DNA of 64,000 nucleotides from Haliotis rufescens (Eukaryota). Below, one piece after another: positions 62,423 through 64,000 of this stretch. Within the stretch, counting starts at the first letter, position 1. The number at the start of each line of letters is the position of its first letter. The stretch covers positions 12,400,001 to 12,464,000 of the forward strand of contig NW_025964001.1 of the NCBI RefSeq assembly GCF_023055435.1, in the 5' to 3' direction. Under the pieces are notes generated by a model. It searched no databases. It had not been told where the DNA came from and saw nothing but the letters and a program-made list of their open reading frames with translations. The translations under genes were made by a program, and so were the position numbers.

Positions 62423-64000
62423 GAGACCTCTGCAGGCTAGATAAGTGGATGTTTTATGAAGGTATGAGATTTATTCAGGCTAGATAAGTGGATGTTTTAT
62501 GAAGGTATGAGACCTCTGCAGGCTAGATAAGTGGATGTTTTATGAAGGTATGAGACCTCTGCAGGCTAGATAAGTGGGTGTTTTATGAAGGTATGAGACC
62601 TATTCAGGCTAGATAAGTGGATGTTTTATGAAGGTATGAGACCTCTACAGGCTAGATAAGTGGATGTTTTATGAAGGTATGAGACCTCTGCAGGCTAGAT
62701 AAGTGGATGTTTTATGAAGGTAAGAGACCTATTCAGGCTAGATAAGTGGATGTTTTATGAAGGTATGAGACCTATTCAAGCTAGATAAGTGGATGTTTTA
62801 TGAAGGTAAGAGACCTATTCAGGCTAGATTATTGGATGTTTTATGAAAGTAAGAGACCTATTCAGGCTAGATAAGTGGATGTTTTATGAAGGTATGAGAC
62901 CTCCGCAGGCTAGATAAGTGGATATTTTATGAAGGTAAGTGACCTATTCAGGCTAGATAAGTGGATGTGTAATGAAGGTATGAGACCTCTGCAGGCTAGA
63001 TAAGTGGATGTTTTATGAAGGTATGAGACCTCTGCAGGCTAGATAAGTGGATGTTTTATGAAGGTAAGAGACCTATTCAGGCTAGATTAGTGGATGTTTT
63101 ATGAAAGTAAGGGACCTATTAAGGCTAGATAAGTGGATGTTTTATGAAGGTATGAGACCTATTCAGGCTAGATAAGTGGATGTTTTATGAAAGTAAGGGA
63201 CCTATTCAGGCTAGATAAGTGGATGTTTTATGAAAGTAAGAGACCTATTCAGGCTAGATAAGTGGATGTTTTATGAATGTATGAGACCTCTGCAGGCTAG
63301 ATAAGTTGATGTTTTATGAAAGTAAGGGACCTATTCAGGCTAGGTAAGTGGATGTTTTATGAAGGTATGAGACCTATTAAGGCTAGATAAGTGGATGTTT
63401 TATGAATGTATGAGACCTCTGCAGGCTAGATAAGTTGATGTTTTATGAAAGTAAGGGACCTATTCAGGCTAGATAAGTGGATGTTTTATGAAAGTAAGGG
63501 ACCTATTCAGGCTAGTTAAGTGGATGTTTTATGAAAGTAAGGGACCTATTCAGGCTAGATAAGTGGATGTTTTATGAAAGTAAGGGACCTATTCAGGCTA
63601 GATAAGTGGATGTTTTATGAAAGTAAGGGACCTATTAAGGCTAGATAAGTGGATGTTTTATGAAGGTATGAGACCTATTAAGGCTAGATAAGTGGATGTT
63701 TTATGAAGGTAAGAGACCTATTAAGGCTAGATAAGTGGATGTTTTATGAAGGTATGAGACCTATTAAGGCTAGATAAGTGGATGTTTTATGAATGTATGA
63801 GACCTATTAAGGCTAGATAAGTGGATGTTTTATGAAAGTAAGGGACCTATTCAGGCTAGATAAGTGGATGTTTTATGAAGGTATGAGACCTCTGCAGGCT
63901 AGATAAGTGGATGTTTTATGAAAGTAAGAGACCTATTAAGGCTAGATAAGTGGATGTTTTATGAAGGTATGAGACCTATTAAGGCTAGATAAGTGGATGT
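62423..64000 (+). repeat. 43-bp tandem satellite in intron 8 of ABHD12 copy 2 (about 36 units, truncated by window)
   Basis: Unit GACCT(CTGC/ATTC/ATTA)AGGCTAGATAAGTGGATGTTTTATGAA(G/A)GTA(T/A)G(A/G). Confidence 0.97.

Overview
AT-rich eukaryotic genomic DNA with spliced genes (GT-AG introns); most short ORFs in the supplied track are spurious. The SINE/MITE repertoire and a single-exon TLR suggest a marine invertebrate, probably a gastropod mollusc such as abalone (inference). I reconstructed six genes by hand: TMED10 (-, 3' end runs off the left edge), MRPL33 (+), a 718-aa Toll-like receptor (-), GINS1/PSF1 (-), ABHD12 (+, 12 exons, intact Ser/Asp/His triad) and a diverged tandem ABHD12 paralog (+, 8 exons seen, runs off the right edge). 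TMED10/MRPL33 and GINS1/ABHD12 are head-to-head pairs. Introns and spacers hold several SINE families, MITEs (Kolobok-, AcademH-, pogo-, hAT-, IS3EU-like), Helentron-type elements, a hAT transposase relic and tandem arrays. The most unusual observations are: (1) a 39-bp minisatellite made of about 28 copies of the ABHD12 catalytic-serine codons plus their 5' splice site, with two more splice-signal-bearing arrays in the paralog; (2) the GINS1-ABHD12 divergent pair, which matches the human arrangement; (3) tandem NF-kB sites and altered active-site loops in the ABHD12 duplicate; (4) a tRNA-less SINE whose 5' head can fold into a pseudoknotted, possibly self-cleaving RNA.
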